Shown here one piece after another: positions 47,090 to 55,484 of a stretch of 64,000 nucleotides of DNA; position 1 is the stretch's first letter, and each line of letters starts with the position of its first letter. The notes under the pieces are model-generated. The model had not been told where the DNA came from, ran no database searches, and saw nothing but the letters and a program-made list of their open reading frames with translations. The stretch comes from a virus (taxonomy: Duplodnaviria; Caudoviricetes), in the IMG/VR virus record IMGVR_UViG_3300037991_005043, positions 24,349-88,348 of that record; one strand, 5' to 3'. Made by a program: the position numbers and the translations under genes.

Positions 47090-47175
47090 AAAAAATAGGC
47101 GGGAGGAGAGAAAAACAAAGTGCTGATTCGAGGTGCGACTCTAAATCATATGACTTTTCATTTCTCTCCTCCCAT
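47090..47175 (-). terminator. Hairpin plus U-tract after the 47219..47803 gene
   Basis: 13-bp inverted repeat 47101-13/47161-73, followed on - by a T-tract. Confidence 0.5.
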
Positions 47176-47218
47176 GTGAGTATAATGGGGAGTCGCAGGG
47201 CAAATTTTGCGACTATAT

Positions 47219-47803
47219 TCACTCTTCTTGTGTTTCCTCCTCGCTGGAATCTGTGGTTTCAATCTGCATAACCATTAGATTTCCATCCTCGTAAGTTTCT
47301 TCACCATTTACCATTTGTAGAACTGCGTGCTTACCTTCAAGAACTTCTTCAAGTCTAGTTCCGATTGTGTTTGCATACATTTGTGCTCTATCTTCAATGG
47401 TTCTAGTTTGCTTTGCACCATTTACAGACTTAACTTCTACATCTGCGATGATTGGATGAGTCTTGACTAAATCCATCAAAGCCGAAACAATTGCATTCTG
47501 AGCATCTCTCATGACAGAAATAACATAAGGATTCCTGCTGGAACCGCCAAATCTGCCCTTTGCTGATGGTAGAGAAGGATTTGTCAAATTCAAACCCTCT
47601 TCTCCAAAATCCTTTGAGAATGCTGAAACTAAAGACCACGCTTTTGATATATCAGCATCCTCTAGTCCGTATTCTTCTTGGTTTTCTACATCATCAATAA
47701 ATCCATTTATTCTTCTCAAATGGTTTTTACCTAGTTTATCTTCATGTGCCTCACGGAAGAGTATTAACTGCTCCGCTAAATATTCACTTTTTTCTCTGTT
47801 CAT
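47219..47803 (-). CDS. Hypothetical early protein
   Basis: AGGAGG RBS; has its own promoter motif upstream. Confidence 0.7.
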   Translation of the reverse strand: MNREKSEYLAEQLILFREAHEDKLGKNHLRRINGFIDDVENQEEYGLEDADISKAWSLVSAFSKDFGEEGLNLTNPSLPSAKGRFGGSSRNPYVISVMRDAQNAIVSALMDLVKTHPIIADVEVKSVNGAKQTRTIEDRAQMYANTIGTRLEEVLEGKHAVLQMVNGEETYEDGNLMVMQIETTDSSEEETQEE

Positions 47804-47889
47804 TTTTTATTCCTCCTTTTTTGAGTTGAGTCGTTTTTTGCCCTGTGACTCATTAGTAGTTTCATCATTTCCATATAGGACTAGGTGTG

Positions 47890-47908
47890 CAAAGCAACCA
47901 TATGGTTG
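47890..47908 (-). promoter_or_regulatory. Repeated palindromic early-promoter/operator element, copy 1
   Basis: CAAAG-CAACCATATGGTTG, containing a perfect 14-bp palindrome; CCTATAT box downstream on -. Confidence 0.6.
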
Positions 47909-47966
47909 TGATATGTTCTTTGATTTCTATATCACTTAACCCCAAATTAAGCCAAATCGAAAGACC

Positions 47967-48010
47967 AAAAAAAAGGGTGACTTCCCCCCTGCCTTAGCAA
48001 AGGGGAAGCC
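47967..48010 (-). terminator. Hairpin plus U8 terminator
   Basis: GGCTTCCCC/GGGGAAGTC stem on -, then T8. Confidence 0.6.
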
Positions 48011-48062
48011 GTTCTCCGCTCCCTGCGGTTCTTTATCTGGGTTTTTTGACCTATTACCTACT

Positions 48063-48590
48063 TTAGCCGTAGTGCTTGCCGATTTTCTTCAAATCATCTG
48101 CTAATACTGCATTGATGAAGGATTCCTTGAGTTTCTTAGGAACTTCGGTTTGCATGTTGTCCAAATCAGCCTCAAGGGTTTCTTTTCTTGACACTAATCC
48201 CTCAAGTGCTTTGTCTGCATCTTTGACCTTGTAGTATCTCCATTCATTGTTGATGTATGGTATTGACGCAGCCTCTACAATTTCACAGAACTCATTGGTT
48301 TTGTCAATGACCTTGTTAAATGCTTGATATACTGCTTTCTTGCCCTCTTTCGCTGCATCATTCGTTTTTGCATTGCTTTCAGCCTCAACTGCTTTACCAA
48401 ACTGCTTTACTGCAATTCTAAGTTGTTTTGCCGCTAAGTATTCGGGTGTTTCTTCATCATTCTCGAACATCTCAAGTCTTTGTTGGTCTGTATATTTCAC
48501 CTCACTATTGGTACGCTCGTTTTCACACTTTAGAACTACTCTAGCCATTAGAGCAGTGTGAAACGGTTTTTCAACCGTATGGGTATTCAA
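48063..48590 (-). CDS. Hypothetical helical early protein (TTG start)
   Basis: Long ORF with phage-like codon usage, flanked by promoter copy 2 and a terminator. Confidence 0.6.
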   Translation of the reverse strand: MNTHTVEKPFHTALMARVVLKCENERTNSEVKYTDQQRLEMFENDEETPEYLAAKQLRIAVKQFGKAVEAESNAKTNDAAKEGKKAVYQAFNKVIDKTNEFCEIVEAASIPYINNEWRYYKVKDADKALEGLVSRKETLEADLDNMQTEVPKKLKESFINAVLADDLKKIGKHYG

Positions 48591-48680
48591 TTTTAGGCTC
48601 GCTTCTTTCTTTTCTTCTTTTTTCGAGATTTTATTACCTCCTCGATATAGAGCCTACTAATCATGGTTATAGGGTTTTAA

Positions 48681-48713
48681 CAAAGCAACACCATATGGTT
48701 GTATTGCGCTTTG
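48681..48713 (-). promoter_or_regulatory. Palindromic element, copy 2
   Basis: CAAAGCAACACCATATGGTTG...GCTTTG; CCTATAA downstream on -. Confidence 0.6.
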
Positions 48714-48728
48714 CGCTGATACTACCCC

Positions 48729-48786
48729 AAAAAAATAAAAAAAAATCGAGAGGGCGAGAAATTTTTATTATATTTCTCACCCTCTC
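48729..48786 (-). terminator. 15-bp hairpin plus U-tracts
   Basis: Arms 48748-62 and 48772-86 with one G-U pair; T-tracts follow on -. Confidence 0.7.
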
Positions 48787-48847
48787 TTAATCTGTAGTCC
48801 TTTCTATCTACTATTATCGGATTCTTTATCTGTTTTGATTGAATATC

Positions 48848-50190
48848 TCAAGCGTTGATTTTCTGCATTAGAGATAAGTCGCAGGATTGTCCTGTTACCC
48901 CTTCTACAAAATTTCCGCAGGATAGAACTGTTTTTCTACCAATCATAGGGAACATATTATCAACCTTCTCAAAGAAATCTAGATATAATGAAGCGGCTCT
49001 ATGAATACCTTCATCTCTTTGGGTGTCATGGCGCATTTTGTAATCATTCCACCAATATGATGAATGGAACTCCTTGAGTTTATCCACACTCAAAGTAAAA
49101 TCGGTTGCGAATTCACCATCACATCTACATGGGGAAAAACCAGCCCACTTAAATTTCAAGTAAAAATCTTTGAACTCTTGAGGTAATTCACCACGCTTTA
49201 TTCCTAGAATCTTAGCAAAGAAGTTCTTGACAATGTTAGCGTGCATGTTGTAGTATTTTCTAAACTGCTTTTCCATGTCTGCATATGCATCTAACAATAA
49301 TTCCTTGAAATAGAAATCAAATTCTTCTGTAGATAGTTGCTTATCATGCTTTCCTCTTATTGTAATCTCCATACCGTAGTTTGATACAGACCAAATATCC
49401 TTTTTCCTAGACCTTGCCGAAACAATATCAAATTCTTGGTCTATATCTTCACCCATATCATTTACTGATGGGGGATAAATGTGAATACTTACATGTAGTC
49501 TATCATTTACAAATGGTGTTTTATCTTCCTCAAACTCCATACATCCATCTCCATATCCAAAACCTTTTCCAGTGAGCACAACTTTAGTTAGTCCTTTTCT
49601 GTTGCTTCTTCCGCTAGGGAAAATATCATCTCTAACTCTAGATACTTCAACATGTTCATTTGAAACAAAATCTGCATTACCTTTGTAGTTTATGTAATCC
49701 ATAAACCCTAGTATTGCATTCTTTTTATCCTCCGTTGCATCTCTTTCCGAGCGTGTTTCTGTAGAATACTCAATTATTTCATCTAGCGGTGCTCTCAATT
49801 TCAATCTGCCATTATCATATCTAACTTCTAAGTCATAAGAATGAGTGGTTTCTATTTGAGTAGCAAACGGCTTTTTGTAATCGTAGTTGTAAGGTAATGT
49901 CAAACTGTAATCTCTACCGTTTTCCTCTTTGAATTGTTCAGCATTTTCATCGCCAAATATTTCTTGCATACAATAATGATGTGCCTCTTGAAAAACTGTT
50001 CCTAGAACATTTTTAATTCCTCTAGTATTCCAATACTTGTTTTTCTTACCCGTCATTGATATTTCATTAAATGTCATATCTAATTCCAGCAGGTTAGCCA
50101 ACCTGAAAAATGATTCATTCTTTTCTTCTAATGTAGTATCGGGAGAGAACCACATTTTGCGCTCGCTTTCTATTTCTCCTATTCGAGTCA
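48848..50190 (-). CDS. Hypothetical early protein (about 447 aa)
   Basis: Long ORF; start probably MTRIGE; bracketed by promoter copy 3 and a terminator. Confidence 0.65.
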
Positions 50191-50235
50191 TATTGCTCAA
50201 TAGTAGATGCATGATTTCTGTTGATATTCAGGATT

Positions 50236-50267
50236 ACAAAGCAACCATATGGTTGTAATTGCTTTGT
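50236..50267 (-). promoter_or_regulatory. Palindromic element, copy 3
   Basis: ACAAAGCAACCATATGGTTGTAATTGCTTTGT, a nested inverted repeat. Confidence 0.6.
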
Positions 50268-50278
50268 GCATTACAATC

Positions 50279-50336
50279 CCAAAAAAAATAAAAAAAATAT
50301 AGGGAGAGTAGAAATTTTATCTATTCTACTCTCCCT
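50279..50336 (-). terminator. 13-bp perfect hairpin plus U-tracts
   Basis: AGGGAGAGTAGAA (50301-13)/TTCTACTCTCCCT (50324-36). Confidence 0.7.
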
Positions 50337-50360
50337 TTTTTACTCGCCCTAAAGAAATTA

Positions 50361-50648
50361 TTACTTCATCTTTTTGAAATAATCTTTTAGAAGCCAAACA
50401 TCGTGTTGAGATATAGTTCTAGGATTCGCCACATTATATCCCTTTAGTAGCCTGTAGTCCGCCATAGTGAAACTTTCATCTAACTGCTTATTTGCGTAGT
50501 TCTGCATTTTTATGAATTCGGTTCGGAATTTTTTGATAAATAATCCATCACTTGTGAATTCCTCACGCCTAGCATGTAGCCCAGTCAATTTACAGGTTAG
50601 TATTTGGTTTTCTGTTTTCCAATGTTTTTTCATCCATTCTTCATCCAT
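50361..50648 (-). CDS. Hypothetical protein
   Basis: Start probably MDEEW, after GGAGTGA. Confidence 0.55.
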   Translation of the reverse strand: MDEEWMKKHWKTENQILTCKLTGLHARREEFTSDGLFIKKFRTEFIKMQNYANKQLDESFTMADYRLLKGYNVANPRTISQHDVWLLKDYFKKMK

Positions 50649-50653
50649 TTTTT

Positions 50654-50887
50654 TCACTCCTTTAATTGGTTCTTCCATAGGTATTTTTTGTTGTTCACTG
50701 GTTGATATGTCTTATTATGCAATAATGTGAAGTATCTCAAATTACATTCTGTGCATAGATATCTCAACTTTACAGTGTCTATCTTATTTTGTGGGAATGT
50801 TATTCCTTCTGTTATTCTAGAAGATTCGCAACAATCGCACTCTATTTCTATAAATTTGATAATATCAAACGGTTTATCTATTCTCAT
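50654..50887 (-). CDS. Zinc-finger protein
   Basis: 'ECDCC...LCTEC'; ATGA-coupled. Confidence 0.45.
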   Translation of the reverse strand: MRIDKPFDIIKFIEIECDCCESSRITEGITFPQNKIDTVKLRYLCTECNLRYFTLLHNKTYQPVNNKKYLWKNQLKE

Positions 50888-51477
50888 AATTCTCTCGCCT
50901 CCGATGCTAATTCAATGTCCTGCATTATTTGGTGAGCATAGGAAATATCCACTAAAGCCCAACTGTTGAATTTTACAGGAATATAAGCAGGTGATTTGAA
51001 AGACATGTCAATGTATTGTGTCTTGAAATATGGTGAAGGCATACTCATGGTTTTCTTTTCTTTGAACATCCATGAATAATCATCTCTCTTCAATTCTGCT
51101 TCTAGTGTTTCAAGGTTCTTTTCTACTTCATAAGAAACACCGTCATGCATATAGAATCTAGGAAGAATACTCCCTTCATATCCTCTATCGGAATGATAGT
51201 TCATTTTTCTGTATATGTCGTTTTCTTCTTCGACACTACTATCTTCATCTAAGGAATAGAATATTTTTGACAATTCTTCATATTTGCCCCAGTGATATTT
51301 TTGAACTTCCTCTACAAATGCTCTCATGGAGAGATATAAGTCCTCTAGGAACTCTCTTGAGTCATACATTGAGTATTCCACTTTTACAGTTTCCCATGTA
51401 AATCTTCTATTGTTTTTTGGCTTCGTTTTCTTGATATTAACATATAGTTTTACTATCATCACTACTATTTCAGTCAA
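50884..51477 (-). CDS. Hypothetical early protein
   Basis: First gene of the - block; exact start uncertain. Confidence 0.6.
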   Translation of the reverse strand: MTEIVVMIVKLYVNIKKTKPKNNRRFTWETVKVEYSMYDSREFLEDLYLSMRAFVEEVQKYHWGKYEELSKIFYSLDEDSSVEEENDIYRKMNYHSDRGYEGSILPRFYMHDGVSYEVEKNLETLEAELKRDDYSWMFKEKKTMSMPSPYFKTQYIDMSFKSPAYIPVKFNSWALVDISYAHQIMQDIELASEAREL

Positions 51478-51496
51478 TCTTGATTAATAGGCTTGA

Positions 51497-51521
51497 ACAA
51501 AGCACAACCATATGGCTTTGT
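51497..51521 (-). promoter_or_regulatory. Palindromic element, copy 4
   Basis: ACAAAGCACAACCATATGGCTTTGT; CCTATTAA downstream on -. Confidence 0.55.
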
Positions 51522-51850
51522 CTAATTTTTTTTATTTACTCATGTATAAATATACAAGCATAATATGTGTATATTTTGTTTATTTATGTGCAAAATAATA
51601 TGTTTTGATATATAAAAATCTATAAAAAAGTGCAAATAAAATGCGCTACCGCTAAATAAAAATGTGCAAATAAAAATACATTAAAATATATATTCATAAA
51701 AAAATACATAATATATGTTACAAAAATATGTATTAAAATATACATATATTTTTATTCTGGAAATACAAAAAAAATAAAAAAATAAAAAAAGCAAGTGCCT
51801 CAAAAATTCCGAGCGATTTTTTCGAGATTTTTTTCCCTTAGACCCTAAAA
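51522..51850. other. Extremely AT-rich strand-switch region
   Basis: Divergence point of the - and + blocks; GTGCAAA(A)TAA occurs three times (about 51588, 51630, 51664). Confidence 0.5.
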
Positions 51851-51935
51851 AAATATGCGAGTAAATTTTTCGGACATTTTTTCCCTAAAGAATATAAACG
51901 ATGCATACTTACGCCATGACAATTCGGGTATTACT

Positions 51936-52205
51936 ATGTCATGGGAAAATGAAATAAAAAAGAATCCAACATTAAAAAGAGGTGTCGCTAGAGTCCTAAA
52001 AACTACATTGAGGGATATTAAAAAGCAGGAAAAAAATTTATCATATATGGCTAATGAATTGCAAAAATATAATAGTCGTGATGAAAGAAAAAAAGATTTG
52101 GCTAGAAATCTACAGAAAGAATTTACTCAACATCTTGAACAACTAGGAATGATTTTTCAGAAAATGAAAGAAAACGAACAAGCCTTAATGGAACTTATGA
52201 ACTAA
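51936..52205 (+). CDS. Coiled-coil protein with N-terminal MSWENEIKK tag
   Basis: Start reassigned to ATG 51936. Confidence 0.6.
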   Translation: MSWENEIKKNPTLKRGVARVLKTTLRDIKKQEKNLSYMANELQKYNSRDERKKDLARNLQKEFTQHLEQLGMIFQKMKENEQALMELMN

Positions 52206-52214
52206 GGCGATATT

Positions 52215-52439
52215 ATGTCATGGAAAGATATTCTAAAAGAAAACGATATTGAGAAGAAGAAATGTCCTAAGTGTGGAAAAACGCATTCTTCTGATTTAGA
52301 ATTAGCAAGTTGTGGTAGTCATCATAAGGCTAGTGGGGCAGTAGGATTTGGTGCTTCTCAAGGAAATACTAAATTTACAGGAAAGAATATGTTTAATAGT
52401 AAGGTGGTTAGTCCTCGAAAGCGTAAGAAAGAGGATTGA
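52215..52439 (+). CDS. Small basic protein with MSWKDILK tag and CPKC motif
   Basis: Sequence motif. Confidence 0.65.
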   Translation: MSWKDILKENDIEKKKCPKCGKTHSSDLELASCGSHHKASGAVGFGASQGNTKFTGKNMFNSKVVSPRKRKKED

Positions 52440-52441
52440 GC

Positions 52442-53701
52442 ATGACCCGCAAACCTAAATCTTCTCTAAAGAAGGACATTATCCGAGAAGGAAATGTCGA
52501 ATTTGAGTATATTTCTCAAGAAACAGAATTTGCTGAACTCTATGAGGAGTGGGAAGAAAGGCAGAAAAAGAAAGTTATTACCAATACTAAGGGTGGTGGA
52601 ACTCAACTCGATTTTTTTGAGAAACATCTCACTACAAGAACAATGAGAGCAGGAAGTAAAAATAGGCAAAATAAACCTGCTAAGGGAGCACCTAATACTA
52701 GGTCTGTTTTAAGACAAGTTCGCAGAATATTCAAGAGAAGGCAAATACCTACTGATGAGGAAATTGATGAATTAATTGAATTTGGTGAAGGTATTAAAAG
52801 TTGGGAAGGAGTAGGTAAAGGAGATAATGATTTTGCTCTAGACCCTGCTTTGATTATGTTCACAAATAGAGAAAGAAAAGCAATAAAGGGCAAAAAGGGT
52901 AAGAAAAGATTCAAGTCTGTTCAAGCAGGTAAGGTATATGGGCATTACCGTTCTAAAGAATATGTTGCTACTAGACCTAATATTACTGAAGTTAAGTATA
53001 TTAACAATCCAAAGCAGAATCCTTTGCACTTAGCACTTTTTGGAACTGATGCTAATGACAAAACTTCACTATCTTACATCTTGAGAAACGCAGGAGATAG
53101 TCTGAAAAAGCAAAGAGTTAGAATTACCGTCTATGGTAAGGCAAAACACATAGGTTCTTTTGAAAAAGTTGCTTCCGAGATGTATAAAATAGGTGCAGTT
53201 AAGGAATTTTTAGGTAGATTAGTGAAAAATAAAACATTTTTTAGGGCAAATAGTGGGCAATTGATGTTAAGTAAGGTAAAAGTTGCTATTGATAGAGAGA
53301 TTTTTCCTATCAAAAACAAGCGAGAGAAGAAAATTGTTGAAAATTTAATTTATGCTAGTGCAAAAGACAAGAAGGCAGGCGATATTGTTCAGTTTAGATA
53401 CAATTCTCAAGGTGCAGTAGCACTTTTAGCCCTAGTTCACCTTGCAATTAAGGACTTTTTAGAGCCAGTTGAGAAAAAAATAGATGATGGTAGAACATTT
53501 ACTGCTTATCGTGACCCTTATGGCTACTTTGTTTGGTCTAAAGGGGCTTCAAATGCTTTTGATTACCGACCAACTAAAAAACAAAGGGAGCAAATTAGGC
53601 AAGTTAAGCCAAAAGACAGAAAATTTTCAGGAAATACTCGAACTGCTAACTCAAAAGTCGCTTTCAAGAAGCAATGGCGTGAAATTTTAAAGGGGTTGTG
53701 A
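52442..53701 (+). CDS. Basic hypothetical protein ending in WREILKGL
   Basis: Long K/R-rich ORF; the W-x-x-ILK tag is at the C-terminus. Confidence 0.65.
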   Translation: MTRKPKSSLKKDIIREGNVEFEYISQETEFAELYEEWEERQKKKVITNTKGGGTQLDFFEKHLTTRTMRAGSKNRQNKPAKGAPNTRSVLRQVRRIFKRRQIPTDEEIDELIEFGEGIKSWEGVGKGDNDFALDPALIMFTNRERKAIKGKKGKKRFKSVQAGKVYGHYRSKEYVATRPNITEVKYINNPKQNPLHLALFGTDANDKTSLSYILRNAGDSLKKQRVRITVYGKAKHIGSFEKVASEMYKIGAVKEFLGRLVKNKTFFRANSGQLMLSKVKVAIDREIFPIKNKREKKIVENLIYASAKDKKAGDIVQFRYNSQGAVALLALVHLAIKDFLEPVEKKIDDGRTFTAYRDPYGYFVWSKGASNAFDYRPTKKQREQIRQVKPKDRKFSGNTRTANSKVAFKKQWREILKGL

Positions 53702-53704
53702 TTT

Positions 53705-54361
53705 TTGGTTACTAGAAAGAGATGTTCTCTATGCCAACATGAGGATAGGAGTGAAATAGAGCAATCTCTAGAGAATCTTAGCATGTCCTGTGATGATATT
53801 GATAAAAAGTATGGTTGGGCAAGCGGAACTTCTGCAAAACATCAGAGAAATCATATGGGTGAGTATGAGAACAGTTCAAATCCTAGTTGTAAATTGTGTG
53901 TTGCCCCACAAAGGAAGGATATTGAGTTTGCACTATCCACATCGGAGATAGATATTGATGATGTTGTAGAAGGTATGGGTATTTCTAAGCAACAAATTCA
54001 GCGTCATATGAAACATCACCTACAACCTCTAGTTCAAGAGTCAGCAGCGACTATGCTTGCTAAGAAAGAAATTAATGAAGTTGATGTTTTGGCGAATAAC
54101 ATTACTATGTTGGATAGAAGAATGCAACAAGTGTTTGCAGATGACGATTTAGACCCTAAAATGATAGATGCTCTTACTAAGTTAGCGAGAGAAATAAGAG
54201 AATCGTTAAAATACATGATGGAGTTCAAAGGTAAATTAGTGCATAAGCGTCAAGATACTATTGTCGTGGCTCAAATGCAAATTGTTCAAGAAGTTCTTGC
54301 TCAAAATAATCCGCAAATATGGTTAGACATTAAGGAAAAAATGCAGGAGAGATTACAATGA
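53705..54361 (+). CDS. Putative terminase small subunit (two CxxC-HTH-HxxxH repeats plus helical tail)
   Basis: 'CSLCQH...HQRNH' and 'CKLC...HMKHH'; upstream of terL. Confidence 0.5.
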   Translation: MVTRKRCSLCQHEDRSEIEQSLENLSMSCDDIDKKYGWASGTSAKHQRNHMGEYENSSNPSCKLCVAPQRKDIEFALSTSEIDIDDVVEGMGISKQQIQRHMKHHLQPLVQESAATMLAKKEINEVDVLANNITMLDRRMQQVFADDDLDPKMIDALTKLAREIRESLKYMMEFKGKLVHKRQDTIVVAQMQIVQEVLAQNNPQIWLDIKEKMQERLQ

Positions 54362-54660
54362 GTTGGGAAGATATTCTAAAACAAGTCAAAGAAATCCGAG
54401 TTCATTTTTACAATAGCAATAACAAGCAAGTTAGCCACAAAATACCCATGAATAAATTTGATGACATAGAATACTTACCAAGAAAAGAACAATCTAAATT
54501 AATTATAGACTATCTTAAAAAACGACCTGAGAGATTTGATTTTAAAGGTGGGTTAGAATACGATAGAATAGAAAAACCCCACCCTTTCAAAAAGGATGAA
54601 GAAGGAAACTATGTTTATTCTAAAGAAGAACAAAAAAGAATACAGGAGAAATTACAATGA
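54358..54660 (+). CDS. Small protein with MSWEDILK tag
   Basis: ATGA-coupled. Confidence 0.65.
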   Translation: MSWEDILKQVKEIRVHFYNSNNKQVSHKIPMNKFDDIEYLPRKEQSKLIIDYLKKRPERFDFKGGLEYDRIEKPHPFKKDEEGNYVYSKEEQKRIQEKLQ

Positions 54661-54995
54661 GTTGGGAAGTTATATTGAAAAGGTATGACCCTACTGACGA
54701 TTTAGTTGATGAACCTTTAACTGAACACATTACTTGGAAAGGAAAAGACTACTTTATTTATGATACAGAAAATAATTCGGGTGTGCCAAATGGAATCATC
54801 TATGTGTATAAAACATATCACAAACCAACAGGAACATTATCATATCCAACCATTAAATTATATCTTTATGAAGGTGAAATTAGAGAATGGACTGATGACG
54901 ACCAAAAAGAATTTGATATGGAAGTAGATTCAAATATGTTTGATGTATGGGCTGATGCTAAATCAAAAGAAAAGTTTGTGAGGGATAATAAATGA
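54657..54995 (+). CDS. Small acidic protein with MSWEVILK tag
   Basis: ATGA-coupled. Confidence 0.65.
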   Translation: MSWEVILKRYDPTDDLVDEPLTEHITWKGKDYFIYDTENNSGVPNGIIYVYKTYHKPTGTLSYPTIKLYLYEGEIREWTDDDQKEFDMEVDSNMFDVWADAKSKEKFVRDNK

Positions 54996-55156
54996 ACTGG
55001 GTTGAAGTTATTAAAAGCAAAAAAGTAGTATATAGTGGAACTTGTCCTAAGTGTGGTGAATTTGTTACCCGTAGTCAAGAATGCCCATCCAATTTACCTG
55101 CAAAAACTCCTGAATTGATGACTGTTGATACTTGCCCTATGAAATTAGAAAAGTGA
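54992..55156 (+). CDS. 54-aa Cys-rich protein with MNWVEVIK tag
   Basis: Hand translation: MNWVEVIKSKKVVYSGTCPKCGEF... Confidence 0.6.
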   Translation: MNWVEVIKSKKVVYSGTCPKCGEFVTRSQECPSNLPAKTPELMTVDTCPMKLEK

Positions 55157-55171
55157 AAATGGGGTGATTTA

Positions 55172-55480
55172 ATGCATTGGGCTTCTATTCTAAAAAGAGA
55201 ATACGATAATACTACTAGAGAGTATAAGGAAAATCCCTTTAAATTAATAGATGACTTTACAACTACTGCAAATTACATCAGCAAATCTTACGCTGAAAGA
55301 ATGAAAAATATAGTTGATGAAATTAAAATTCTTAGAGAGGATATATCAGAACAAAGAAGTCCTAGAGAAATTGCTAAACGCACTAAAAATATTGAAATGC
55401 TTATGAAAGATTTTAATGAAGAGTTTGAATCATTGAATAAAAACTTCAATGCAATTAATAAGTTAATTCAGATGGGGTGA
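55172..55480 (+). CDS. Coiled-coil protein with MHWASILK tag
   Basis: GGGGTGA RBS. Confidence 0.65.
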   Translation: MHWASILKREYDNTTREYKENPFKLIDDFTTTANYISKSYAERMKNIVDEIKILREDISEQRSPREIAKRTKNIEMLMKDFNEEFESLNKNFNAINKLIQMG

Positions 55481-55484
55481 TTTA

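Noticed and set aside
47890-51521. CRISPR or mini-array interpretation of the repeated palindrome
   Set aside because: The copies are 0.8-1.6 kb apart and separated by whole genes, not 30-40-nt spacers.
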